Below are positions 10,901-17,976 of a stretch of 26,283 nt of DNA, in pieces (the first letter of the stretch is position 1; each line of letters begins with the position of its first letter). Source of the DNA: a virus (Duplodnaviria; Caudoviricetes); the IMG/VR virus record IMGVR_UViG_3300035492_000096, positions 1 to 26,283 of that record; one strand, written 5' to 3'. The notes below the pieces were generated by a model. It worked only from the letters and a program-made list of their open reading frames with translations, did not search any database and had not been told where the DNA came from. Both the position numbers and the translations under genes were made by a program.

Positions 10901-11180
10901 CATGACGACTAATGCTGCTACTGCCGATACCCGTAGTTCTGCTCAGGCGGAGAGGGTGAATTCCCCTGCAAATGATGTAGATAAAGGCATCGGTAGCCTG
11001 TTGTCGGTCAATGAGTCTCAGTTGGCTCAGTTGATCAGGATTGCTGAGTTGATTGGTAAGATGGCACCTGGTACTGTATCGCCAGAGTCCACCCCATCGA
11101 CTACACAGGCCCGGACAGCAGGTAGTACACGCCGTCGTGAGCAGTCACGTACCGAGACTGTTTCAATGAGTCGTTCATAA
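4980..11180 (+). CDS. Large tail protein (tape-measure-like) with C-terminal lytic transglycosylase domain (phiKZ gp181-like)
   Basis: 2066 aa. Helical/coiled-coil N-terminus and a central hydrophobic Ala/Gly segment (about 8316-8437). The C-terminal SLT-like domain has IAGVESSW (catalytic Glu at 10179-10181), Q..NSTW, ANALLG.EY and VYLAHFLGPGGA. It is divergent from the vRNAP beta' gene, as in phiKZ-like phages. Confidence 0.88.
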   Translation: MAKKTDFDLDGMDFENFEIDIPEWNDDGGNDDSEQSRKPITRVLRGTKDGLKSAITSKEGIRSALSLALPEGYSLAADTLEDIGTDAKSLYDKVAGESPELVRGSRKFSRRAMNLLGNKVLPKKVADRINLSLEDFDDVPSSESDYQQSQEDAKLQEIADIFKAQTALQEHQAKEDAVKEVEEKAVEQERFKSNIQALMGINRNLARLVSYQDKVTIKYQQKMLEFTYRQFEVTKKLLDVSAINADKQNKLLQNIQKNTALPEAVKIRGSEMFGMMAKQRLMDSGLNHISNWSQNYAKQITDNVHGMISGFVDPIKDVSGMTSEMDKSYLAGQMMGSEGGRYIRDWLAMTIAPQVKKIGVVDRFGETLRGAFTGVPQKINEFAQSETKGSGWKAAGLQMLKNFLPKFWLDSSVTGERVDMLDDVGTFDKIARRSLIEIIPGYLADIAHWTRASATGEIGDRKVYNPVRGGFTDETTQIQDVGRQIISVSERQSLRTSLNDFMQSIGADVLSTSAQQVLKRKLLDELANGRDLIPKRLADPESYPNVSLDIVDEITTLITDVFGLDHEGERADRFGDKNYNDIAARFYQLSSMVPDAGTRVRVLSDVLGKDVMRKLGFIERQGHEDRINQEAFRDIILNESDEESPTPPTPVRSNDVNLGRLIRDTVPFVNKTPLADADSADRADDQTTAQASRSTRGMRLDRWLGEKSLLINILKESRDYHAQTVELLLGLGSGSVGFSGKGEIPDSIRKAAEKAAAKWTSGRERAKVWIGKGKDKLKAGKVLARDIWIQGQDHPVLEQWRLDAKQYYDKASGNVIEKWEDISGDVVDIKNKTVVRFDDLMTTGVIADAKGNIQGIFNEKYGKFAETEFGKNVIERANKAAGSLGDLKTKIMAGQNIKDLPGHYAKKLKEEGKEQKKKMRPRWNKLMGFFSKKAGADVSSELTGEAGEDTVTLLLRSVQLQYETLKELTKDKVRKGSFTDIFNRRKEKEADDKNAPEPKTEGIQGILARTGLLGMLADKLGLGGDDEGGDTNIDILSTGGGDADDGRNRRRNPGGNNRPRPQRPRGKWGWTKWGVKKAWNFATWGVRSAWKLGGSILGSKAVRSAVGFGLRKAVFPLLGGLLAAAGIAAAPVVAAAGVIATGVSIGMWVYDIFKEKPAPLTRLRLAQYGIKPDLGNKYLEPLAKLEKYAVDLVNVDADGKAKFDYTKIDVATVAQIFGADATKPNNPQMIRLGSWIKGRFATVFTKWISSFYSVDRSKDLTKVDEKLKGKVALEFLEKVSFSSETALFDIMVSPFEDDDELQMDADDVEDIYESVKKTLRQNAEREALQRPDNSAALSGAAGTAAQAAAQTVEGYRQAADNPSDRSAPRQGREGARDIADGYRQAAQGRGRGVAANNRAVAATLVAGAGAAVVTATTKTSSVTDRVEELDDGKPVRFRAYGLTEMDATKVGQLSQLEAFCFANVKYDSNKQAQFDDETVIHQEAERIFQPVGSETDKVYIWFYRRFLPVFKAFCSSVREHASIDAKDAAKRLDTDKLLEALRTSVNARDNAGISVWDIPESPWAGYVLGRDPESVKEALAVLESKVRTNVLSEDTGINRGRRRDAHGNLVEEDGSQTNRPGRNSRGRNRTNGSGQPESAADNEEGGFFSRWFSGGSKPPQGGHMTPEGQNTSNGPAVQPSGPPVSHPGGGTGGDVNTIPEPAGDGWEANRATLMAAANMVGVDPALAASIAGVESSWKPHARPYKNPKDPSKGVLSSAASYYQVINSTWKYLMDKYADKYGIHPDTTQADPRANALLGLEYIRENINTIKSAVNRPITDTDVYLAHFLGPGGAKRFLSAPGGAAATLHVGSDQASSNPGIFFDSSGRPRTVNEVYRDFERKLTNYRKDDASSLAAQLRQEQTGKPDSIVEEEIATTASTALDTPALPSMVQPEVPDTLNRTIERDIPTQTPPASSEDSDERIVNRQIRQETMQVMTTNAATADTRSSAQAERVNSPANDVDKGIGSLLSVNESQLAQLIRIAELIGKMAPGTVSPESTPSTTQARTAGSTRRREQSRTETVSMSRS

Positions 11181-11185
11181 CTAAC

Positions 11186-11216
11186 ATGGGGGTGGTTTCC
11201 ACCCCCATTCTTTTTT
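11186..11216 (+). terminator. Intrinsic (Rho-independent) terminator
   Basis: ATGGGGGTGG-TTT-CCACCCCCAT stem-loop followed by TCTTTTTT, immediately after the 11180 stop. Confidence 0.8.
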
Positions 11217-11227
11217 AGAGGTCATCC

Positions 11228-13384
11228 ATGGATAACGTTCTTGATAGAGACTGGGTAAAGTCCGCGTTCATGCTTCCAACTGAAGCCACCATTGGAGGTA
11301 ATGAAGGGGTATTGACACGGATCTATTCCACCTCCATGCAGAAACCGTTCGATACTACATTGGGTGGTAATCACGTTATCAACCCAGTCCCCCAATTCAC
11401 ACGCTATGCCGATTTAAAACACAACATTTTCCACAAGAAGTCTGCTGACCTCACCGGTAAGAACATTCTTGTAAATTCCTATACCCTCGATCACGGTACT
11501 ACAGACACAGATACCAACGGTATGGGACGTACGTACAGTGAGAAGATCGATGACAACATGCAGGTAGTCCATTTCCGAATGGGTGTCCCTCAGTTCAACA
11601 GCATGACATCGTTCTACTCCAACTACTATTCGGTGGAGGCAGCCTCATTGGCGCGTACCGGTCGTGCTCCAGGTTTCTTCTATAAACTCGGTTGGGCTGT
11701 GGGATCAGTTGCCACTATCCCAATGTTACCGTTTATCATGACTGCTAAAGTCATCAAGTTCTTCCTACGTCGTCCGGCTAGTAAGTATTATAGTCTAAAG
11801 CCGACGATGTATCCTTATTGGTCTGCTGTTAGCTCGATGGTAAATGGCATTGCTGCCAGTATGGGTATCATTCCTCGACCCATCCATCCAGGTAACAGAC
11901 ACCTGTATGAGAAGGAAGGGTATCTGGATGGGTCTTCTGAGAACTCACAAGAGATAGTCAGTGAATTTCACACCATGATGCCGACTATCTATCGCGAGCG
12001 GGGCGGTATTGACATCTTTGCCGTGGCTCAACGGGGTCAACGATTGGCCAACATCCGTCGTGACCTGACAGATGAAGAGTTGAACAAAGTCACGACTCGT
12101 AAGCAAATGCGAGATATCTTCCGTAAGCGTCTATATGGTGAAGATATATTTCAGGCCCGTCGTAGTCTACAAGCAACGACACTGGAAGCGTATCAGGAGA
12201 TCTGGGCGAACGCCCAGTCATTCGGTTCAGTCGAAGAAATGGCACTGGACTCGGATGAAGCCATCGATGCTGCTCAGAAAGCTCGAGCTATTCAAGCTAA
12301 CTCCGCTGAGACAGAACCACGTACCAATGCTGCTGACCAAGGGTTCGTGGACAAGTATATCGATGCATTCCAGTCTGAACAGCGGATGGGTTCTGAATTC
12401 ATCTCGTTTCGAGTGGAAAGCACAGGTACACAGACGGAATCGTTCAGTAACTCAACCAAAGAACCAACGATCAGTAGCGAGATTAATAACATCGCCGCAT
12501 CTGCTCGAGAGACCCGTTTCTCTATGTTCGACGGTAACTTGGAGGGTACGGGTATTTTTGCGGCAGGGTATGGTGCACTCAAAGATGTTCTAAGTGGAAT
12601 TTCTCAAGGTGCTGGTTTACAAGGATTGGCTCAGTTATCGGGTAACGCGTTCGTCGATATCCCCAAGGTATGGGATAATTCATCCGCCGACTTCAATAAG
12701 TTGTCATTGACCATCCAGTTGCGTAGTCCGTACAATGATCCTATGAGTCGACTGCAAAATATCATTGTACCTATGTGTTGTCTGTTCGCTATGTCAGTTC
12801 CGTTGGCTACTGGTAAACAATCACATACCTCACCTTTTCTAGTTGAGTATTATGCTCAAGGTCGTGCTCAATCACGATTAGCGCTGGTAGAGAGTCTGTC
12901 ATTTACTCGTGGTGTGGGTGATGTAGGTTGGACTAACAACGGTGCCTTCATGGGGGTTGATGTTCAGATGACCCTGATCGATCTGAGTAGTGCGATCAAT
13001 ATGCCATTGAACCCAGAACATTCTCTTACAGATGCTGCTATCCAAGCAATGGGTTGGGGTGCTGGTACGACGGTCGATACTGTTATGGGTTATTGGGGTA
13101 CTGAAACTAACAACGCTGGTGCTACCAAAGGTGAAGCAGTGGCTAACGCTATGCTCAGTTCTACGTACGATGACGATAACAGCTACTCGGATTATCTATC
13201 GATCCTTGCCTCCATTCCTCTGGAAGCTGAAATCAATACCGCACGTAAATGGGCCATTCGACTAGCCCGTCAACAAGCTAAGTTTGATGACATGCGCTCA
13301 CCCAACCGCATGGCGATGTGGACCACATCAGGTGTCTTTGGTGATGTCATCAAGGCATTCTCCTTGGCACCAGAACGTCAATAA
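11228..13384 (+). CDS. Virion structural protein, probably tail/baseplate (phiKZ gp182-like)
   Basis: 718 aa with GAGG SD. The DTTLGGNHVINPVPQFTRYAD and FRMGVPQFNS motifs are recalled from the conserved gene that follows the gp181-like tail gene in phiKZ-like phages. Confidence 0.75.
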   Translation: MDNVLDRDWVKSAFMLPTEATIGGNEGVLTRIYSTSMQKPFDTTLGGNHVINPVPQFTRYADLKHNIFHKKSADLTGKNILVNSYTLDHGTTDTDTNGMGRTYSEKIDDNMQVVHFRMGVPQFNSMTSFYSNYYSVEAASLARTGRAPGFFYKLGWAVGSVATIPMLPFIMTAKVIKFFLRRPASKYYSLKPTMYPYWSAVSSMVNGIAASMGIIPRPIHPGNRHLYEKEGYLDGSSENSQEIVSEFHTMMPTIYRERGGIDIFAVAQRGQRLANIRRDLTDEELNKVTTRKQMRDIFRKRLYGEDIFQARRSLQATTLEAYQEIWANAQSFGSVEEMALDSDEAIDAAQKARAIQANSAETEPRTNAADQGFVDKYIDAFQSEQRMGSEFISFRVESTGTQTESFSNSTKEPTISSEINNIAASARETRFSMFDGNLEGTGIFAAGYGALKDVLSGISQGAGLQGLAQLSGNAFVDIPKVWDNSSADFNKLSLTIQLRSPYNDPMSRLQNIIVPMCCLFAMSVPLATGKQSHTSPFLVEYYAQGRAQSRLALVESLSFTRGVGDVGWTNNGAFMGVDVQMTLIDLSSAINMPLNPEHSLTDAAIQAMGWGAGTTVDTVMGYWGTETNNAGATKGEAVANAMLSSTYDDDNSYSDYLSILASIPLEAEINTARKWAIRLARQQAKFDDMRSPNRMAMWTTSGVFGDVIKAFSLAPERQ

Positions 13385-13388
13385 CGGA

Positions 13389-13422
13389 CATAGAGAGGAG
13401 GGCATCTGCCCTCCTCTCTATG
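13389..13422. terminator. Hairpin at a convergent junction, probable bidirectional terminator
   Basis: 16-bp inverted repeat CATAGAGAGGAGGGCA-TC-TGCCCTCCTCTCTATG between the convergent stops at 13384 and 13418. No U-tract. Confidence 0.7.
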
Positions 13423-14431
13423 CTGTCACCATCATAGGGAATTCATCACGAATGATATCTGCTACAGACCGCATTGGAAAATCAGGAGCAACCTGAACCA
13501 ACTTACCTACCTCACCATGAAGAGTAAGTAGATTGATTGCATCGTCTGAAGCACCCACCAAGGCTTCAAGATCATAGATGACCTCACCTGAGACGAGTGT
13601 GTACTGATACCAACTTGGATCGATCTGGTTCAATGTAGAGACGACTGTATCGCTATACGATACCAGATCATTGGACACGGTAGACGGTAGATCGAATGCT
13701 GATAGAAACACCCTGACAAATGAAGGTTGGCGTGCTAACAACACGTCACCATCGATCACCTCAAGCACTGCTTGCACTGCCTCAAGACTACCTGACGATG
13801 CCACCGATGGTATCGAAAGGATGACCGCTTGTCGATAGACATCTGGATCTATGTTATCGCGTACTCGACCATAGCTACTGTAGACACCATACTGGTTGGA
13901 TTGGGAGAATACCGACGCCCATACGGCAGACTCGTACCCTACGTTAATGACCCTGGCGATTTCTTCATTACCAGTAAGAGCACCCATTAATTCAGTCAAT
14001 TCACCATATTGACTGATCTGAGTCAGATCACCGTAAGTAGCGATATCGATTACTGATTCACCAGCATTCTTTATTTTGGTAGCCAGTGTTGGGTCAATAT
14101 CCAGGTATTCACCTGCTTTATCAAGAATCCCGTTACCAGCTGTACGTAGTAGCGCACCGGCACTACTGCCAAACATACCCAGACTTTGATTCAGTAACTC
14201 TACACCAGCGATACCTTGTTTCTTGGCAGCAAGTAGACGATCGACCCCGCTGATCAGCCCGGTAATACCACCAGCACGATCAAATACTGCTGTCGCAGCC
14301 GCTGATGCGGTCTTCTTCACTGAATCGAATAATTTGTTGACTGGTCGTGTATCAGCAATGTCGTACGCATCAACAAGTTCCAGCTTCTCAGTGTTATTCG
14401 ATCGGAATAATGGAACACTAATCTGAGACAT
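13418..14431 (-). CDS. Conserved jumbo-phage protein, probable virion structural protein
   Basis: 337-aa ORF with GAGGA SD. The N-terminal LF......L..VDAY and C-terminal IDP.W motifs resemble a phiKZ-family structural protein (recalled, not searched). Confidence 0.6.
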   Translation of the reverse strand: MSQISVPLFRSNNTEKLELVDAYDIADTRPVNKLFDSVKKTASAAATAVFDRAGGITGLISGVDRLLAAKKQGIAGVELLNQSLGMFGSSAGALLRTAGNGILDKAGEYLDIDPTLATKIKNAGESVIDIATYGDLTQISQYGELTELMGALTGNEEIARVINVGYESAVWASVFSQSNQYGVYSSYGRVRDNIDPDVYRQAVILSIPSVASSGSLEAVQAVLEVIDGDVLLARQPSFVRVFLSAFDLPSTVSNDLVSYSDTVVSTLNQIDPSWYQYTLVSGEVIYDLEALVGASDDAINLLTLHGEVGKLVQVAPDFPMRSVADIIRDEFPMMVTA

Positions 14432-14450
14432 GATTCAATCATCCTCGGAC

Positions 14451-14491
14451 AAAGAAAAAATAAAGTTGATAGGAGGGGCCTAGGCCCCTCC
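14451..14491 (-). terminator. Probable intrinsic terminator on the minus strand
   Basis: Perfect 20-bp palindrome GGAGGGGCCTAGGCCCCTCC (14472-14491) just after the 14494 stop, followed on the minus strand by TATCAACTTTATTTTTTCTTT. Confidence 0.7.
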
Positions 14492-14493
14492 AC

Positions 14494-15051
14494 TTAACCT
14501 TCCTGAGTGCTGGCAGCGTGGCGTTCCAACATGTAGTCGATCTCACCCACCAGTTCGGTACGGATGGTATCCAGACTACCAGTGTTTACCAGAGCAGACC
14601 GCATCAGCGTCCAGAAGTCCAATTGCCATTGATGGCGACTCAGCGGGATGGGTGTTCCGTCCCCTTTCACGTAGTAGTGTGCCAGAGGTAGTTCGTTTTC
14701 CATCAGTTCTTTCTGAAGCTCTGGATTACGTTGGAGCTTCTCCAACATACCCAACTTGAACATTTTGCTGAAGGGACCATAGTGACGACTTGGCATACCT
14801 TTGCCCTTTTCACGGGCCGCCAAGCCTTTAATGAGGCGGAACTCATCGTCGACAAAACCGGTCTTCATGTAAAACCACAACCCTTCCAAAGTACGGAAGT
14901 GGCCAAAATACGGGTGTTCGATATTGCAATCGGAGGGATTGCAGAGGGCGCGACCCAGATGAGTTTTTCCCTTAGTGTATACGTTGATGTGATCGGTCCC
15001 GTCATTCGCCGGATTGAATGAAGGTTGATCCACAATACGTTTGATGGTCAT
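14494..15051 (-). CDS. Conserved phage protein, NADAR-like (T4 gp30.3/YbiA-like fold)
   Basis: 185 aa with AGGA SD. The motif order ALCN...F.TLEG.W...K...GLAA...G...KLQRNPEL...L....L.H parallels the NADAR pattern LSNF...F...E......K...A...G...K..QNP.L...L. The CDS is solid; the family call is by eye. Confidence 0.6.
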   Translation of the reverse strand: MTIKRIVDQPSFNPANDGTDHINVYTKGKTHLGRALCNPSDCNIEHPYFGHFRTLEGLWFYMKTGFVDDEFRLIKGLAAREKGKGMPSRHYGPFSKMFKLGMLEKLQRNPELQKELMENELPLAHYYVKGDGTPIPLSRHQWQLDFWTLMRSALVNTGSLDTIRTELVGEIDYMLERHAASTQEG

Positions 15052-15089
15052 GGTGTATTCCTGTCTTTGATTTCTGATAACGGACGAGA

Positions 15090-15638
15090 TCAGTCGTAGT
15101 CTTCGTCTGGATCGGGGATCTGATTGATGTGATGTTCCAACTCATCCTGAAGAATATCTTCAGAATCAACGATAACATCGTCATCGTCTTCATCATCGAA
15201 TTCACCCCACTCATATTCCTTGACGTTATCTGTTTTGGTAACAGTATTCGAGGCGACTGGATCGTCATCGACATGCTGCATGACCCGATACCAAGGGGTT
15301 TCGATAGTAACGATACCTCTACCCCTAATTTCAAGCGAGATACTCATAGAATACCTGATTGGATTGATGACATCCAACGCTTTGAAGAAGGTCTTTGATG
15401 TGATACTGCGTTTGGCAATGGCTCGGTTGAAGTTATTACGCTCCTGACCGATGTCCTTTGCACTGCGGTAGTTAAAACGCGCTTTGCTTTTGAGGTATGA
15501 CGTCAAACGCCTTTGCCATACATCTGGTTTGACGTTGAGCGTAGACAACGCCATGCGAAATAACCTGGTTAGGGTATCATTCGCCTCATCGGCTAACGCA
15601 TCTTCGTGTAACATCATTTCGCGTTGTTCTTTGCTCAT
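15090..15638 (-). CDS. Hypothetical protein with acidic C-terminal tail
   Basis: 182-aa ORF with AGGA SD, co-oriented with its neighbours. Basic helical N-terminal domain and D/E-rich tail. Confidence 0.8.
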   Translation of the reverse strand: MSKEQREMMLHEDALADEANDTLTRLFRMALSTLNVKPDVWQRRLTSYLKSKARFNYRSAKDIGQERNNFNRAIAKRSITSKTFFKALDVINPIRYSMSISLEIRGRGIVTIETPWYRVMQHVDDDPVASNTVTKTDNVKEYEWGEFDDEDDDDVIVDSEDILQDELEHHINQIPDPDEDYD

Positions 15639-15656
15639 GATGATTTCCTGGGTGGG

Positions 15657-16130
15657 TTAGTGATGACATACTCGAATGGATTTAACCAGTGCGAGTAGAT
15701 CAGTCACCACGTAGTTACAATGGCGCTTATAATAATCAGTTTCAGATGGATCATCTTTCTCCAGAGAATTGATAAGCTTGGATATGACATGGGTGTGTAA
15801 CTTGAACCAGTCCACCGGATGGATCAGTTCATCGCCGTCAGTAATATAATCATCAAATCTCATCTGAACTGGAGTGCTGGTTCGTTTAAGTTCGTCTGGG
15901 ATATATATCCCACGACTAACTACCGGAGCCAGTTTGATGATGATAGGTGATAATTCATTGAGACGTTTTATAGTTACAGTTAGGGTTATTCTTCTTGCTA
16001 ATGCAGTTGAAAATGGGATGTCTGTTTCTTGAGTCTCCTTGATGAAATTACGAATGGTGTCTAATGGATCGAGCACTTCTTCCTGAGGTTTGTTGCCCAT
16101 TCCAAAGCGCTTGAGAAGTCGCGTTATCAT
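15657..16130 (-). CDS. Hypothetical protein
   Basis: 157-aa ORF that tiles with its neighbours and is the first gene of the leftward unit at a divergent junction. Confidence 0.75.
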   Translation of the reverse strand: MITRLLKRFGMGNKPQEEVLDPLDTIRNFIKETQETDIPFSTALARRITLTVTIKRLNELSPIIIKLAPVVSRGIYIPDELKRTSTPVQMRFDDYITDGDELIHPVDWFKLHTHVISKLINSLEKDDPSETDYYKRHCNYVVTDLLALVKSIRVCHH

Positions 16131-16158
16131 GGTTGTCTCTGATTACAAGTGCGGATGG

Positions 16159-16162
16159 TATG
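16159..16162 (+). promoter_or_regulatory. Putative late promoter core (TATG)
   Basis: TGGTATGA about 24 nt upstream of the 16186 start, in a divergent gap. Identical 8-mer to 4931-4938. Confidence 0.35.
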
Positions 16163-16185
16163 AAACTATTCACGTGAGGTGTACT

Positions 16186-16689
16186 ATGTCCGAAATCAAT
16201 CCTATCGAAGGCGAACTGCTTGAAAAAGCAGAATACATCGACGCCGTCCCAATCCAAGTCAATGAATCGGTTGATCCATCAGACGTCATCAAAACCACAC
16301 AAACCATTCGCTTGGCCATGGTAAAACAGACAATAAAGGCTGGTTTACCGGAGGTTGGTGAAGGTAGTCGCGACTTCTTAGGTCTGCTACGTGATCTGGA
16401 TACGGCTGCATTGACCACACGTAAAATCGACGTGGATGAAAAGAACGGTTCTGATGCTGAACGCTTGGCTGCAGCACACACCGAACTCCTGCGTATGATG
16501 GGCGGAAAGAATCCGTTCGCTGCGGACATAGAAGGACTGGGCAAAGGCGAACTAACAAAGGCAGTTCGCTCAGTACCAGAACTCCCAGAACCTACGCTTG
16601 TACCGGGTATAACCGATATCGGTACGCACAACGTCGATTATGATGAATTCGCAGCGTCTGTATCCGGTGATGATGATGCTGGCACCTGA
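16186..16689 (+). CDS. Hypothetical protein
   Basis: Start reassigned to the ATG at 16186 (MSEINP...), which follows a GAGGT SD and avoids overlap with the divergent gene. 167 aa, acidic. Confidence 0.75.
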   Translation: MSEINPIEGELLEKAEYIDAVPIQVNESVDPSDVIKTTQTIRLAMVKQTIKAGLPEVGEGSRDFLGLLRDLDTAALTTRKIDVDEKNGSDAERLAAAHTELLRMMGGKNPFAADIEGLGKGELTKAVRSVPELPEPTLVPGITDIGTHNVDYDEFAASVSGDDDAGT

Positions 16690-17432
16690 GATCTCTGATA
16701 CATCCCAGGAATCATGAAACAGTAATCTTCAACCGGGATATGTTCAAGGTGGATGAAATCCTCCATGATCATTTCCAATAACCCGTGTTTATCTGAATCG
16801 ATAAACGCATCGGGTAGTTTATTCCCTTCCTCATCGTACTCCCTGAGCTCGCCTAGTGTGAGCTTGGGGAGTATGACCGCCAGGCCAGGTATATGGTTGT
16901 TCAACAAATCGAACTTATGACGCTCTAACCAGGGATGGAAGTCATAGGTGATCCATCCATTATACCTGTTGATAAATTCCTTTGGAGACAAGGTGAGAGG
17001 ATTCAGGTTGGTTAACCTGACATGTACATATTCCGGTAACAGTACATACAGACAGGCGGCAATTTCTTCGGCAACCGGAGCAGGTACATTAAACGGATGG
17101 ATGTTGAGATCAATGGTGATCTCACTGGCATCAATCTGCTTAATAAACCGCTCATCCAACCCGTTAAGATAGGTCATCAATGTCGGTACGATGCCAGTAA
17201 CCATACTCCGTTTAAGAGTGCTCAGATCTCGTTGACGATAGAATGTCTGAAACTCATCGTCTTTGACCACACCACCTGTCAGATCGTCAAACTTATCCTC
17301 AGTCCGTTTCCGGTAACTGACTACGTCAATCGAACGAGCTACATCGGGCCAGTGTTTGACCAGAGTCCCCATGCGTGTATCGAATAGCGCATCAATATCC
17401 AGTAAGAGCCTGTGCTGGGTTTCATTTAGCAT
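16638..17432 (-). CDS. Conserved jumbo-phage hypothetical protein with an N-terminal DxD (HAD-like motif I)
   Basis: 264 aa. N-terminus LLLDIDALFDTRMGTL. Last gene of the leftward unit that starts at uvsX. Confidence 0.75.
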   Translation of the reverse strand: MLNETQHRLLLDIDALFDTRMGTLVKHWPDVARSIDVVSYRKRTEDKFDDLTGGVVKDDEFQTFYRQRDLSTLKRSMVTGIVPTLMTYLNGLDERFIKQIDASEITIDLNIHPFNVPAPVAEEIAACLYVLLPEYVHVRLTNLNPLTLSPKEFINRYNGWITYDFHPWLERHKFDLLNNHIPGLAVILPKLTLGELREYDEEGNKLPDAFIDSDKHGLLEMIMEDFIHLEHIPVEDYCFMIPGMYQRSQVPASSSPDTDAANSS

Positions 17433-17471
17433 GATGATATTACTCTTAGATAATGTATTCCTACAAAACCT

Positions 17472-17972
17472 TTAAATGGTGTTGATGTCCAGTTTAAGAG
17501 AAGATAGTAGGATGAGGAACAGAAGCCACGGGGTGTTACTCACCATACTGTTAAATTCCTCGAAACCAACAGTATGTTCCTTCAACGAATCTGGGATCTT
17601 GAATGAGCGATTCACCCAGGTTATTCCGTGAGTGAGGGTTTTGATGAAAGACTCATACACACCACTTGGGATGTTATTGCGATGGAGTATATAACCAGTA
17701 CCCATCAGATAGAAATCATTCATCGCTTCGCGCAAAGGTTTATCGATCTTTTCATTGTCAATAAACCTTTGCCAAATATCCTTGAGGAACTCATCCGATT
17801 GACAGCTGTACCATCGTATCTTTCGAAGTTCCAGGATATCGATCTTCAGTTGATCAACCGCACCAGAGTTCTGGTTATCGAGGTCAGAGACAAAAAGCTC
17901 AATCCAATCCATGAGTACATTGTCCATGACATCTTGAGCGTTCTGTCTTTTATTATCGATATCGCTGATCAT
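17472..17972 (-). CDS. Hypothetical protein with hydrophobic C-terminus
   Basis: 166 aa, starting 4 nt after the stop of the beta C-terminal gene (GAGG SD inside that gene). C-terminal PWLLFLILLS. Confidence 0.75.
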   Translation of the reverse strand: MISDIDNKRQNAQDVMDNVLMDWIELFVSDLDNQNSGAVDQLKIDILELRKIRWYSCQSDEFLKDIWQRFIDNEKIDKPLREAMNDFYLMGTGYILHRNNIPSGVYESFIKTLTHGITWVNRSFKIPDSLKEHTVGFEEFNSMVSNTPWLLFLILLSSLKLDINTI

Positions 17973-17976
17973 CGGA

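Noticed and set aside
5700-10905. Many short ORFs on both strands inside the 2066-aa tail gene
   Set aside because: They are fully nested in a long, motif-supported CDS and have no recognisable motifs of their own.
16090-16185. Upstream extension of the plus-strand ORF to 16090
   Set aside because: It overlaps the start of the divergent gene, and the ATG at 16186 has a good SD.
16170-16631. 153-aa antisense ORF
   Set aside because: It mirrors the 16186 gene and has a Ser-rich composition typical of shadow frames.
17438-17443. TATTAC, matching the phiKZ early-promoter core
   Set aside because: It is on the plus strand while both flanking genes are on the minus strand, so it is a likely chance hit in an AT-rich gap.
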